From positions 124,001 to 188,000 of IMG/VR virus record IMGVR_UViG_3300044625_001067: 64,000 nucleotides of DNA, one strand, 5' to 3'. The notes under the pieces are model-generated. The model was not told the origin of the DNA. It saw only the letters and a list, made by a program, of their open reading frames with translations, and did not search any database. Below, one piece after another: positions 49,474-60,400 of this stretch. Numbering within the stretch: position 1 is the first letter of the stretch; each line of letters opens with the position of its first letter. The translations under genes and the position numbers were made by a program.

Positions 49474-50019
49474 ATGACTGTAGTCTATCCGGTTTCCAGG
49501 TTACTTTCAAACCCCCGAATTTTCCTAGCTATCTCAAATCATTTGGGAGGAGTTCTAGATGCAGAGGTACTGAGAGACGTTTTTTACGAACTCCTGGAAG
49601 TAGAAATTAACGGGTCTCCTGACGAAGAATGTGAGTTTTCCGCAGAAGAGGCGTGCTTTGAAGTTGAGGAGGACGGGCTTGTTTACCATATCTACTTTGA
49701 CACGGGTGCGTCGTTCAAACTCGAAGTTACAGAAGACGGTTTCCACCCTCAAATTTCCACCGAGTTTGAGTTGGCGACAGCATCTGCAGTGAACAACCGG
49801 CTCATCTCAGCAATCGAAGACTCCCACCCGGAGCTCAAAGACGATATTTCGTTCGAGCACCCCCCAACACCGGGAAACAGCTTCTTAAGTTCAAAAGACG
49901 GGGAAGGATTCTCCGGTAGTTTTCACCTTCGATCGGACCCCGACAAAAAGTTTTCCTTTACAATAACCTCAGTAGACCCTGAGTCTGACCACTTAGAAGC
50001 CAAAATCAAACCCCTTTAA
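49474..50019 (+). CDS. acidic hypothetical protein
   Basis: ATG 49474 within ORF 49462..50019. Confidence 0.75.
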   Translation: MTVVYPVSRLLSNPRIFLAISNHLGGVLDAEVLRDVFYELLEVEINGSPDEECEFSAEEACFEVEEDGLVYHIYFDTGASFKLEVTEDGFHPQISTEFELATASAVNNRLISAIEDSHPELKDDISFEHPPTPGNSFLSSKDGEGFSGSFHLRSDPDKKFSFTITSVDPESDHLEAKIKPL

Positions 50020-50031
50020 AGCGAAACACCC

Positions 50032-50898
50032 ATGATGGATAACATAGTGTTTGCAACCGATAGCATGAGGTCTTCGGTTTCTTCACTCAAGAAAAAAATA
50101 TCAAATTTCAAGATCAGCATCGAACAACTCAGTTCGGAAGTAGAAAAAATTGATACAAAGTTTGACAAGCTTTTAACACAAACTGAGATATACAAGGCTA
50201 AGCTAGAACGAGAAATGGGTCGCGAGGTGAGGCGTCTTGAGCTTGAACTTACCAAGCTTCGAAAACAAGTGAAAGAGTCACTCCCCCCTGAATCTCCTTT
50301 GGAGGACGAGACAGAGCTCGGAATAGCGTCAACACTTGCCATTATCGAGTGCCTTCTGAGGCATATCTGCGAAGGAGCAGACGACTTTAGGCTAATGAGC
50401 TACTCCTTCCTCTTCCCGGCTGTGATAGAAAGAGTTGCATCGTCTGACGACCCCGCGTACTTCATGGAAACTCTCCCAGAGTCTGCACAAGTTGTGATTG
50501 ACCGGGGGAGGCAGTACGTTGCATACCTAAGAGGAGACTGCAAAACTCACGTCACAGATCCCGACGCATGGGAGCAATACATAGACCAAGTTACAGACTG
50601 GTGGAGGAACGACGCTCTTCCTTTGCTTTACGGGCAACGAGACGAACAATGGGACACAGACGTCCCGCTCTCTCTTGTTGAGATTCTAATGTGGCGTGAC
50701 GAACCGGGTGAGCGACCCCTACACTTCTCACCGATTTTCGACGCCTACGAAACCTACAAGCTTCACAAAGACGCTGTTTACACAAGCAGCGGTGTTCGAG
50801 CTTTCGACCTAAAAATGCACAAATTCGACTCCGGAGCCCCCGAGGAAGAAGTGAAGCCCCCAGTCATTCTGACACGACCTGTTTACAGGAAGCCTTAA
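50032..50898 (+). CDS. hypothetical protein with N-terminal coiled coil
   Basis: 288 aa ORF. Confidence 0.8.
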   Translation: MMDNIVFATDSMRSSVSSLKKKISNFKISIEQLSSEVEKIDTKFDKLLTQTEIYKAKLEREMGREVRRLELELTKLRKQVKESLPPESPLEDETELGIASTLAIIECLLRHICEGADDFRLMSYSFLFPAVIERVASSDDPAYFMETLPESAQVVIDRGRQYVAYLRGDCKTHVTDPDAWEQYIDQVTDWWRNDALPLLYGQRDEQWDTDVPLSLVEILMWRDEPGERPLHFSPIFDAYETYKLHKDAVYTSSGVRAFDLKMHKFDSGAPEEEVKPPVILTRPVYRKP

Positions 50899-50954
50899 AG
50901 CTTCCGATACGACAACCCCCCCTACGATAAACTAAATCATAACAATTCAACGAC

Positions 50955-53885
50955 ATGAGAACCAGCGAACTCGGCTACCCTGTCCTGTCTACCCCACTGC
51001 ACACTAAGGTTTTCGGCAAACAAAAGGCAGCTTCAATGGGAGTTAAGGCACGTCAAAAGGCCGAGCGACTCTTAAAGCAATTTGGTATATCTGTCCCTGT
51101 TGATCACCCGGACAACCTGTACGATGGTCCCTTGCCCCTTCCAAGCTTAAGGGGTAGCAATTTACAGGAGCACTTTGAAAACATAGCAACAGAGCAGGTA
51201 GGGGTGTACAAAACCCTTGCGAATTCTCTAGCGGGGTGCAAACTCCCAAAACTCCCTGCAGTTTCCGACTTCGTCTATCAGGCGGGATGGACACGCTATG
51301 AGTTTGTAGACGGAAAGTTTCTTGTAGAGTCCGTACCATGCCCACTCGAAGAAGCTTTCACGTACGACACTGAAACCTTCGTAAAAGCGGGTGCGTTTCC
51401 GATTATTGGGACGGCGCTAAGTGAAAAAGCAACCTACATTTGGCTCGCGGCAGAGCTTATTGACCCAACCATACCGGAGGAAGAGTGGGACCAACACGAT
51501 CTCATTCCCATTGGTGAGAACAGGTTTGTAGCGGGACACAATATTAGCTACGACCGAGTGAGAACACGGGAAGGATACTCACTTAGCCGTAACAAGCCTG
51601 AAAACTTCTACTTTGACACACTCTCCGCGCATATTGGAGTGTCGGGTTTGGCCTCAGGTCAACGGTGGTTGTACCTTCTTGCGGCGAAAGACCCCGAAAA
51701 CCTGACTGAAGAGGAAAAGAGAAAACTCAGGTATGCTCCAAAGTGGCTAGACGAGGGATCAACAAACAGTTTGGTGCAATGCTACAACTTTCACGTTTAC
51801 GAGGTTCGTAAGTACTTCGGCGATGACACTGTCCGCCCACTCAACCAAGGGGACAAAAAGGTACGGGACATTTTTGTAGACGCTACGCATATCTCGCAAA
51901 TCACCGCAGTTCTTGAGAAGGCCGTAGAATACGCGGTAAGGGATGCTTTTTACACGGCGGAGCTTTTTCAGGCTTTGTGGCCGAAGTATCTCGATAGCAC
52001 TCCCTCAATGGTGGGCCTTTGCGGCCACTACCACTTAAACGGCTCGGTCGTACCCCTGGTAGAAAACTGGGCTGAGTGGATTCAGAACACAGAAAGAGTG
52101 TTCCATGAGCACAGCCAGGAAATGACTGAGTTGTGCAGGGAGCTCGTATGGAAGACGTACAACGAGTGGAAGGCTGTCCTCAACAGCGTGGAGGACCCGG
52201 AGCGGGGCCTCGCGAAAGCACAGGAGTGGGCAGAGCAAGACCCTTGGGTGTCTCAGCTTAATTGGGAGCTTTGGAGTAGAAAAGGTAAGTACGCGTGGGT
52301 CCCTACTTGGGTGCAACCCTTTGTGAAAGATCCGCAACAACACATCGGAGTGAAGTCTCAATTGGCTCACTTGCTGTTGAAGCTCAAATACGAGGGATCA
52401 CACATTGTTCAAACCAAAACAGAGGGCTGGTGCTACTACGATGAAACAGGTAGCCTTGTAAAAGTTCCCCACCCCAAAGGAACCGGGGATAATACCGGAG
52501 TGTTACTCAGCAAGGACTTTGTCCAAGATATGGAAACCGGGAGGCTAAGTAGCGATCTCCCTGAAGCTAAGAGAGCTCTGGAGATTTCAAACGCTATTTC
52601 TTACTGGACTTCTGTTCGTAAGCGGGTGATGGACCGGATCTTCCTCCGCGCTGAAAACCCGCATGGTTCATCCGCCCTGGTGACTCTTCCTGAGATTCTC
52701 TGCCACGGAACGGTAACTCGCAGAACAGTTGAAAGCTTGATGGCAACCATGTGCTCCACGAAAAACTGGAGAATTGGCACGGAGTTGAAAACACGAGTGC
52801 AGGCCCCCGAAGGCTGGAAAATTGTAAGCGCCGACTACGATGGTCAAGAGCTTCAGATCGCATCCATATACAGCGATACTTGGGAAGGTGGCTTTGTCGG
52901 GTGCTCGCCGATGGGGTACAACGTCCTGTCTGGGTCCAAGGAAAACGGCACTGATCCTCACACCGCTCTTGCTCGTGCTATTCTCCCTGAGATGTATAAG
53001 GGGCTTGTGTGGGACAGGAAGCTAGGAATTTGTTACAGTCATGAGAGTGAACCGTTGAATGTACCAAATTGTGTAAAGGCTGGAGAAAAATGGTTAAGCC
53101 CAATTGAACCCCAGTTGTACAAACTCCTGGCGAAAGCCAGAGACCTGAGTAAGATTGTCGGTTTTGCAACCTTGTACGGGGGGAGCGTAAGAGCCCTGAG
53201 CACTCCAATTCGACGAACTTTTCCTGAGAAAGGAGAGAGAGAAGTTAAGGATTTCGCACTGAAAGCACTGTCCTCGAAAAAAGGTGTTCTTGTGAATGGA
53301 GTGTATGAAGGTGGTTCTGACTCCGGCGCATTCAACTTGATGGAGCAAATATCCATGAAGACAAAGGTCCCTCAGCTACCCTGCCTTGGTACCAAAATTT
53401 CGACTGCAATGCGACCTGCGGCAGTTGGGACCGACTTTAGGACAGGACGCACAAACTGGGCCATCCAGGCATCGGGTGCCGAAATTCTATCCATAACGCT
53501 CACGGCTGTCGCGTGGCTAGCGGAAGAGTACAAAATTCCCTACCGCTTCATTATCAGCATTCATGATGAACTCCACTTCATGACCCCTGAGAGGTACGCC
53601 ACTCAGTTTGCCGTGCTGTTTCAAATTGCCCATCTTTATACCTGGGCGAATTTCCATAGCGCAATGGACATACCGGAGCTTCCACTGAGTCGTGCTTTCT
53701 TCTCCTCAGTAGCAATTGACTCTCGGATTCGTAAGTCCCCAAAAGAGTGCACGGTAACACCTTCAAACCCCCACGGTGCGAAAGAACCTAACGGAGTTGA
53801 GTACTCGATGACCGAACTCGGTGAGATTGGGGCTGTAGACAAGCTAAAGACACGATACGAAGCTATTCAAAAAGGATTGATTTGA
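50955..53885 (+). CDS. family A DNA polymerase, mitochondrial Pol gamma-like
   Basis: Exo motifs YDTET, GHNISYDR; HGTVTRR, IGTELK..VQAPEGWKIVSADYDGQEL, GTDPH, GFATLYGG, RTNWAIQASGAEIL, ISIHDEL. Confidence 0.92.
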   Translation: MRTSELGYPVLSTPLHTKVFGKQKAASMGVKARQKAERLLKQFGISVPVDHPDNLYDGPLPLPSLRGSNLQEHFENIATEQVGVYKTLANSLAGCKLPKLPAVSDFVYQAGWTRYEFVDGKFLVESVPCPLEEAFTYDTETFVKAGAFPIIGTALSEKATYIWLAAELIDPTIPEEEWDQHDLIPIGENRFVAGHNISYDRVRTREGYSLSRNKPENFYFDTLSAHIGVSGLASGQRWLYLLAAKDPENLTEEEKRKLRYAPKWLDEGSTNSLVQCYNFHVYEVRKYFGDDTVRPLNQGDKKVRDIFVDATHISQITAVLEKAVEYAVRDAFYTAELFQALWPKYLDSTPSMVGLCGHYHLNGSVVPLVENWAEWIQNTERVFHEHSQEMTELCRELVWKTYNEWKAVLNSVEDPERGLAKAQEWAEQDPWVSQLNWELWSRKGKYAWVPTWVQPFVKDPQQHIGVKSQLAHLLLKLKYEGSHIVQTKTEGWCYYDETGSLVKVPHPKGTGDNTGVLLSKDFVQDMETGRLSSDLPEAKRALEISNAISYWTSVRKRVMDRIFLRAENPHGSSALVTLPEILCHGTVTRRTVESLMATMCSTKNWRIGTELKTRVQAPEGWKIVSADYDGQELQIASIYSDTWEGGFVGCSPMGYNVLSGSKENGTDPHTALARAILPEMYKGLVWDRKLGICYSHESEPLNVPNCVKAGEKWLSPIEPQLYKLLAKARDLSKIVGFATLYGGSVRALSTPIRRTFPEKGEREVKDFALKALSSKKGVLVNGVYEGGSDSGAFNLMEQISMKTKVPQLPCLGTKISTAMRPAAVGTDFRTGRTNWAIQASGAEILSITLTAVAWLAEEYKIPYRFIISIHDELHFMTPERYATQFAVLFQIAHLYTWANFHSAMDIPELPLSRAFFSSVAIDSRIRKSPKECTVTPSNPHGAKEPNGVEYSMTELGEIGAVDKLKTRYEAIQKGLI

Positions 53886-53893
53886 GACTAACT

Positions 53894-54091
53894 ATGAAAA
53901 CACCCATCAAGATCAAAAAGCCACGAGTTCAATCCGCAGACATATACCCATGCAGAACAAAAGTAGGCATGTACTGGTGGCCGATCCCGTTTGACAAGAA
54001 CGGAAGATTCATCCCGTCGTCTGTGGACTGTTTGTACTCACAAGAGTACTTCTCCCAAGGTGATGCAATTCGCATGCTTCGTTCTCTATAA
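53894..54091 (+). CDS. hypothetical protein
   Basis: ATG 53894. Confidence 0.65.
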   Translation: MKTPIKIKKPRVQSADIYPCRTKVGMYWWPIPFDKNGRFIPSSVDCLYSQEYFSQGDAIRMLRSL

Positions 54092-54108
54092 CTAACAAGA
54101 GCTTAATT

Positions 54109-55128
54109 GTGGGACACTACTTAGAAAAGCTACTAAAGTGGTTGGGGTTTGGTTCCTATGAGAGGGACTCAGTTTGCGCAGATTCGGGTAGCTCTATCGA
54201 GTTTTTAGAAAGCTGTGACGACTTTCTTGAGTGGGTGAATAACCCGACCACGTCTATCGCCGATCTTGAAAATTACGGAAAAGACAATCCCATAACATTT
54301 TTTGATAAAACCCTAACTTTCCCACCAAACCCATCGAAAGGGCAAATATACCACTGTCCAGCCGAGGGTAGGAGGTATATTTGGATGGAGACCGCGAGTA
54401 GCTCAAACTGGGTGCCCCTGCTCGACCAAGCTTGTGTCTCACCTTTGGGGAGTCTTGTGCAGGGGTCCGGTGGTGCAGGTGGTGCTGGCGTAGTTAGTCT
54501 TATGCAGGGGTCCGGTGGCGCGGCGGGTGCGACGGGGATAGAGCTCGCGTACACTCCGTGGAACTACCTACCACCCACAAAAGCTGTTACAATTCTGGCG
54601 CACGAGAGCGGCGACAGCAACCACCCACCTTCGGGATCCTACATAGATGGTTCCACATGGGTTCACCCGTTGTCAGAAGAATCCCACCTACTTGTACTTG
54701 TGGTGAAAGAGGGTAAATGGCGGCTCACTCATGAGTCAGCCGAAGAGTTAGAGACCTACTTGCGTTTGTATCCCAACACAAGATTCAACACTTACTTGAC
54801 CGATGCGCAAATTAGAGATGCTGTGAAGTTACTCCTGCTCAACACCCTTGGGAGTTCAGGTATATCGGACTACAACAGTTTAACTAAGCAGTTTGCAATT
54901 AGGGATGGAAAAGAGTCCTGGAGTTTATTTTGGGAGTTTTTACACGACCTAACCCCTTCTGCTTTTGTTGGGGATATAGAAAAGACTCGTATAGAGAAGG
55001 GGTTAAAGGGAAGGGAGTACGACCACTGGCTGGAGCGACAACCACTGACAAAACTCAATTCTCAAGAAGTAAAACAGCAGAAAATGCTCCATAAGCTGAA
55101 GAGAAGAGGTGCATTTATCAACCTTTAG
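54109..55128 (+). CDS. hypothetical protein with FP.NP..GQ.Y...W module and Gly-rich linker
   Basis: 339 aa ORF. Confidence 0.75.
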   Translation: MGHYLEKLLKWLGFGSYERDSVCADSGSSIEFLESCDDFLEWVNNPTTSIADLENYGKDNPITFFDKTLTFPPNPSKGQIYHCPAEGRRYIWMETASSSNWVPLLDQACVSPLGSLVQGSGGAGGAGVVSLMQGSGGAAGATGIELAYTPWNYLPPTKAVTILAHESGDSNHPPSGSYIDGSTWVHPLSEESHLLVLVVKEGKWRLTHESAEELETYLRLYPNTRFNTYLTDAQIRDAVKLLLLNTLGSSGISDYNSLTKQFAIRDGKESWSLFWEFLHDLTPSAFVGDIEKTRIEKGLKGREYDHWLERQPLTKLNSQEVKQQKMLHKLKRRGAFINL

Positions 55129-55150
55129 CCAACTTTCACACTTCCTTAAC

Positions 55151-55366
55151 ATGCCGTTCCCTATCCCCCTAGACCCTGACTTTCGGAAAGAAGTCATACA
55201 GAGTTGGATCGAAGACATTTACGATCGCCTAGGTGGTGGTGACGTAGAAAGTGCGAAGAAAAGTTGGGAAATAGCAAATAATCTTTATCTCTCCCTCCCA
55301 GTTGGGCAGGGGGATTTTTTCATTGAGGAAAGGCTCTTAGAAGCTAGGGTAAAACTAGAGCGGTAA
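55151..55366 (+). CDS. hypothetical protein
   Basis: ATG 55151. Confidence 0.65.
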   Translation: MPFPIPLDPDFRKEVIQSWIEDIYDRLGGGDVESAKKSWEIANNLYLSLPVGQGDFFIEERLLEARVKLER

Positions 55367-55381
55367 AGATACAACATCACC

Positions 55382-55705
55382 ATGCGAACTGTAACTACAG
55401 AACCAAACCCACCCGCAGAACCAAACACCCGTCACGATCTTCTAACCTTTAGCGGAGCCTTGTCGGACGGAAGGCAGATCACAGTTCGTGAAATGACTGG
55501 ACGAGACCTGCTCTATATCGAGGACGAATTGTCGGCACTCGGGGAGACACGGCAGAGCTTTCACCTTGTTGAACGACTAAACGTGGGGCCTGAAAAAGTG
55601 TCCTTTGACGAAGTTGCAGACATGGGTGCTCGAGACCTGAAGGTTGTAGTCGGGTTGATTAAACAGGCTAACGGGTCCGACGAAGAAAAGAAAGACCCAA
55701 AATAA
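55382..55705 (+). CDS. tail assembly chaperone (gpG/Mu gp41-like)
   Basis: LSDGRQITVREMTGRDL...VSFDEV.DM..RDL; ends at a slippery site. Confidence 0.75.
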   Translation: MRTVTTEPNPPAEPNTRHDLLTFSGALSDGRQITVREMTGRDLLYIEDELSALGETRQSFHLVERLNVGPEKVSFDEVADMGARDLKVVVGLIKQANGSDEEKKDPK

Positions 55706-56127
55706 CCGTTGAAGAACTCGAAGACTTTTCCTTTTTAGTCTCAGTAGGGCGAAACAAGGCAGTTCATGTTCGGGACATTGTTCCGAAAGACTTTATCTTC
55801 GCCAGAGTTCTACAAGACAAGGGTTTAAGTGCTATGGGGCTACTTGTCAGGTTAATAAAGAACCCTGAAAGTCTTGAGACTTTATCTTCCACCAACTTTC
55901 GAGCCCTCTACAAGTGGGTCACGGATAATATTCTCAACGAGAGTATTCTCACTCCGGAAAGTTGGATGGAGATTTCGTTTCACTTGAACAAGCAACGCTG
56001 GGACGGCGGAATAGACTGGTTGGACTCTCAACCAATGGCACGAATAAAGCGCATGATTGAAATAAACCAGAAAGTCGCTGAGCAGCAGCAAGACGAGATC
56101 AAAAAGTCAAGGAGAGCAGGCCGCTAA
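55696..56127 (+). CDS. -1 frameshift extension of tail chaperone (G-T-type fusion 55382..56127)
   Basis: Slippery C CCA AAA at 55696-55702 just before TAA; the -1 frame is open from 55696 through ORF 55834..56127. Confidence 0.7.
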   Translation, partial: PKITVEELEDFSFLVSVGRNKAVHVRDIVPKDFIFARVLQDKGLSAMGLLVRLIKNPESLETLSSTNFRALYKWVTDNILNESILTPESWMEISFHLNKQRWDGGIDWLDSQPMARIKRMIEINQKVAEQQQDEIKKSRRAGR

Positions 56128-56537
56128 TGTTCAAGTTTAACCTAAGAACACCTTTCAGAGGTGAGCCATTCAACCCGAATTGGTGGGAACCAACGAAGTT
56201 AGAGTGGGCTCCTGTACTCCTAAACGAAAACAAACCGTACTGGAAGAACCAAACTGACACGAACGGTCGAGCCTGGCGCCCACTTACAACACAGTACCGT
56301 GCTTGGAAGAGAAAGCAGTACGGCGATCTCCCAATTCTCAGGGTAACAGGAAAGATGCAGGATACTGCAAAAGTCTTATCTTACCTTAAAAACGATCGCT
56401 TTGCGGTCCTTACAACTAGTGTAGGACCCTACCACCAGTTTGGTACAAAAAACATGGCTGCAAGGCCGTGGATGGGGGTGCCTAAGTCATCTCTCGAAAA
56501 ACTTTCAGGAATCGCCTGGAAACACATTCTCAATTAA
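56127..56537 (+). CDS. phage virion morphogenesis protein (Mu gpG-like)
   Basis: W.PL...Y..WK....PIL..TGKM...YHQFGTKNM.ARPWMG. Confidence 0.82.
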   Translation: MFKFNLRTPFRGEPFNPNWWEPTKLEWAPVLLNENKPYWKNQTDTNGRAWRPLTTQYRAWKRKQYGDLPILRVTGKMQDTAKVLSYLKNDRFAVLTTSVGPYHQFGTKNMAARPWMGVPKSSLEKLSGIAWKHILN

Positions 56538-56546
56538 CTCATCACC

Positions 56547-56960
56547 ATGACAAAGACAAGAGCGAAGGACGACAAGGGACAATTTCTTGGAGACAACCCC
56601 GCAACGCCGGACGTAGACGAGGCGTGGGTCGAAGACAAGAGCGAAGTTGCACCTGCCGAGGGGAACAACGCCGATTCAACCGTTGAGGACAAGGTTGAGA
56701 AACTGTCGCAAGAGCCCGCCACGGTGGAGATTAAGACATCTGAAACGACCGCAGTGAAAGAAAAGCAGAGCAAGGAGTCCATTGAAGCTTCCGTACAAGA
56801 AAAGCTCTCAAAAAGACTAGACGGTGAAGTAGACCCCTTCATCCCGTCGGCACAGCTTCAAAAGGAAGTTAAAGAGATTGCAAGTCAGGAGGGTTTCCAA
56901 CTCACACGTGGAACCGAAGCTGGTGCGGCTCTCATGGCCCGCGCACGTAGGTCTGCTTAA
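56547..56960 (+). CDS. hypothetical virion-region protein
   Basis: RAKDDKGQFLGDNPATPDVDEAW motif. Confidence 0.75.
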   Translation: MTKTRAKDDKGQFLGDNPATPDVDEAWVEDKSEVAPAEGNNADSTVEDKVEKLSQEPATVEIKTSETTAVKEKQSKESIEASVQEKLSKRLDGEVDPFIPSAQLQKEVKEIASQEGFQLTRGTEAGAALMARARRSA

Positions 56961-56962
56961 TC

Positions 56963-57325
56963 GTGAAATCATTTGTCTTCCAACCTGGAATGACCTGGAG
57001 AAAGCTAGGGTACGGGTTTCACTCGGACTCCTTGGCTTACCGGGAAGTTCTAAACTACAACCCCAAGTGGTCTGTCGTTGAGCTCCCCCCTCCAGGAACA
57101 GTTCTTCAAGAGGGGGCAAACACAGCAGGGTCAGGGGCATCACAGCAGTCCCCAATATTCGGTAGAAGTTCAGGGCAGACATCCTTGGACTTCTACCCCT
57201 TTTCAAGCGAAGCAGAATACTTTTTGTCCTTGTCATCCTACAATCGGTCCGCCCTTCGTGAAGTGAGCAGGTTGAACGGGTGGTCACTCGATAGCTCCGA
57301 AGTTGTTACCGGACAGGTAGGGTAA
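56963..57325 (+). CDS. tail X/LysM-like protein
   Basis: PGMTWRKLGY....AYREVLNYNP......LPPPG. Confidence 0.6.
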   Translation: MKSFVFQPGMTWRKLGYGFHSDSLAYREVLNYNPKWSVVELPPPGTVLQEGANTAGSGASQQSPIFGRSSGQTSLDFYPFSSEAEYFLSLSSYNRSALREVSRLNGWSLDSSEVVTGQVG

Positions 57326-57423
57326 AACCTCCAGGTATACACCCTAAACCTTTGGCCTACGGGCACCACCGCCGGACTTATCCTCGCCGGCACAAAGGTA
57401 AGGAAAAGGAGGAATCTACCCAA

Positions 57424-60400
57424 ATGGCAACTTTTTCTTTCGGCACCGGTATAGTCCCCGGAGCACCAGGTACATATATCAACGAGCGTGTTGGAAATGT
57501 AGCTTCCGCAGGTATTGCCTCGTTCAACACAACTTACATGTTGGTTGAAACTGAGGAAGACGTCACTGTCGCACGTTTCCCATTCAACACACCAGTTCCA
57601 GTATCTTCACTAACTGACTACAAAGCCTTGGTAGGGAAAGTTCCCGAAGCCCGAATCCCACTTCTTAGCTACAACTGTGTGAATGCATTCTTTTTGAATG
57701 CGCAAGTTGGCGATCTTCGAGTAGTTCGTGTTGGAACTCCAAACCAGATCGTAGAAATTGAGATTCTTCCGTCGGGCTCCAAGATTAGTAGCACCGGCCT
57801 TCCATCTACCCTTAAAGCTGGCGACGTAGTTTATGCACAGCTCATCTTAAACGGATTGAAGCTTGTTGCTGGAGACGGCTCAAACGGATACACATCCGAA
57901 GGGGAATGGCTCGGCGTGCCAACAGTAATTCCTGTTGATTACATTTCCGGTGACAAGGTCAATAACCGCAAAATTTCTGCCGCAATTTCAAGCTCAATCG
58001 CCGCAGCTATTCAAAGTAATCCAAGTGTAAGCAGTGCCATATTCGTTCGTGACTCGGGCCTCGCAAACGATTTGCTCCCTTCCTCAAACTCGGAAAGCGG
58101 CTACGTAACAATTGCAGCAGCCACCTACGACGGGAGTGTTTCCGTAGTAACCGAGCAGCTGCCAGTTGGAGCGCAAAAGGTCTTAATGCAGACCGCGTAC
58201 AGTATTCAAAATGTCGTTGGCCTTCAAAACAATCTTGAGCGAGTTCCTCAGGATTACGTTCAGTGTATTAACACTGCCTTTGACGGACAAGCAAACCAAG
58301 GGTACCTTGTAACTCCCACCGCGTACGCTCAGTTCGACGCCGAAGGCCGGTCCCTAGTTGGAGCAGCAGCTGCCGCACACTGCCAGGACAACAACTTTAT
58401 GTGGATGGCCGCAGCAGACCCAGGCTCCTTTCTTGTTACCGACGTAAACAAGTACAAAGAGTACACTCCGCATCAGCCCGCAGAAGACCTTGTAACCGAC
58501 AACCTGTACCTGGTTGATAACGCCATCTATCAGTGGAAGGGTGAAGAAGTAACATACGACCGTCTAAAACACCAGACCCTAGTTCCCGGCTACGACCCTA
58601 AGGTTGCTGTTCAGTCGTCAGTGGAGGGAGTAGCGGAGGGCGAAACTGTTGGCCTCCTAGACTTAGCCAAGTTCACAGTCACATCCTCTGCCTCTCTAGC
58701 AAACCGGGGAGTCTTCGCCCTGGGGTCAAGCACAGTTTGGCCGGTAGACTACCAGATTCAACGAGTAACATTGAGTGGCCTTGGCGCGGATTTTCTGCCC
58801 CTACTTCCACTTGGAGAAACCTCAACTGAGGTGTACTTCGTAGCACCCCCACTTTCCAGTGCCCAATACGGAACGTACCCATCAGACGGACAAGTACAAT
58901 ACGTGTATATCGCACAAACTTCTACTCAAGCTGTGTCAATTCTGGCTGAAGTTACAGCCTTGGGAGGTACCAGTGCTGCATTAAACGCACCTTTAACTCC
59001 CTCCGGAGCATTCAGTGTTGCATCCCCAACTTCAAGTACAGCTCAAGCGACTTACACCACACCCCAGTGGGATTTACCTGCAACTATTGAGGGTCAGACC
59101 TCAAACTTGATTCACAATCTGACTGGTGCTCCTGCTTTTGTGAACACTCTCCACTTACCTGGAAGCTTACAGAACACCACCGATGACTACCGCCTATCCT
59201 TTGTAAGCCGCTCACTATTCAACCCCTCAACTGTGCTTTCCTCAAGCACTGTCCCAGGATACACCGGTGCCGCTTCCTTCGGAGTAACATCTCACAAATT
59301 AGTTAACGGACAGAAACTTTTCTTTACTAAGCCCATTCTGGCAGGCGCTGCAACCCTCTTTAAGGCAACAGTTAGAAACAATCTACAAGCTTATTATGTT
59401 AAGGTAATTGACCCCGATAAGTTTGTACTTGCAACTTCTAGCTCCAACTACCTTGCAGGTTCTTACGTTCCCTATCCTGTTGGGATGGTAAGCATTTCCA
59501 CGAGTCCCACCATCTTATACACTTCGGTCCTGGGCGGTGGGTTAACTACTGTAAACCTCTCGGAGTTGAGCGTTGTTCCGTTGGTTCGAGGGAGAAAGTA
59601 CGGACTGGCTTCGGGTACAATCGCAGACCGTGCGTACGATCACAACTTGCTCACGGCGAACGACGATCCAACTGTATCCCTGTACCTGAACTCAAGTCCT
59701 TTAGTTATTGGGTCGGAGCACGTCTACCCGTACGGTGAAACTGCTAACGCGGGGTGGTTACCCTCTTTAGAACTTGTGGGGCCTGGGGAAACCTCAACGA
59801 GTGTTGAGAACTTTCTTTGCACCCCCACTGTGGACCAAAACTTCTCCTCGGAAGCACACATCGTCCCGGTGATTGATCCGATTTTCGGAGGAAACTTCAG
59901 CGCAAGTACCACTGTTGTCCTCGGAACGCTTGCTTCTGTAACGCCATACGTCACCGCTTGTGGTCTCCTCGTTGACAGCACTGGAGTTGAAATTCAAGCA
60001 GCTCTCTCAAAATTGAGCGGAGTTTATTTTAACGTTACGGTTGCACCGGCGAACTCCGTTGCCCCTGACGGAGTTACACGAGTCGTTGTCGGGGACAGGT
60101 TGGCGGTTACATTTGACGGCTCATCCTACAGTTGGGTTGTTGTGCCGGCGAACACCCTTGGCGGTGACTTGAGCACAGTTTCCACTGTTTGTTACGGTTC
60201 ACAAGTTGAATTTGCCCTCACTCCTGAACAAACACCAAGCGCAAATCTGTGGAGATTCGAGACCATCACGTCTACCGAAATTATCGACGAAGCACTTCGT
60301 GGTGTTGGATTTGCAGGCGAACCCCAAGCTGTGTTTATCGAAGCAGGTGTTGACAATGTCAATAGACTATTCGAGGACAGCCAGCGCTACTTCAATGCCT

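Noticed and set aside
57352-57423. N-terminal 24-aa extension of the sheath given by the ORF track
   Set aside because: The TTG start has no support; ATG 57424 has an upstream GGAGG and gives the typical sheath N-terminus.
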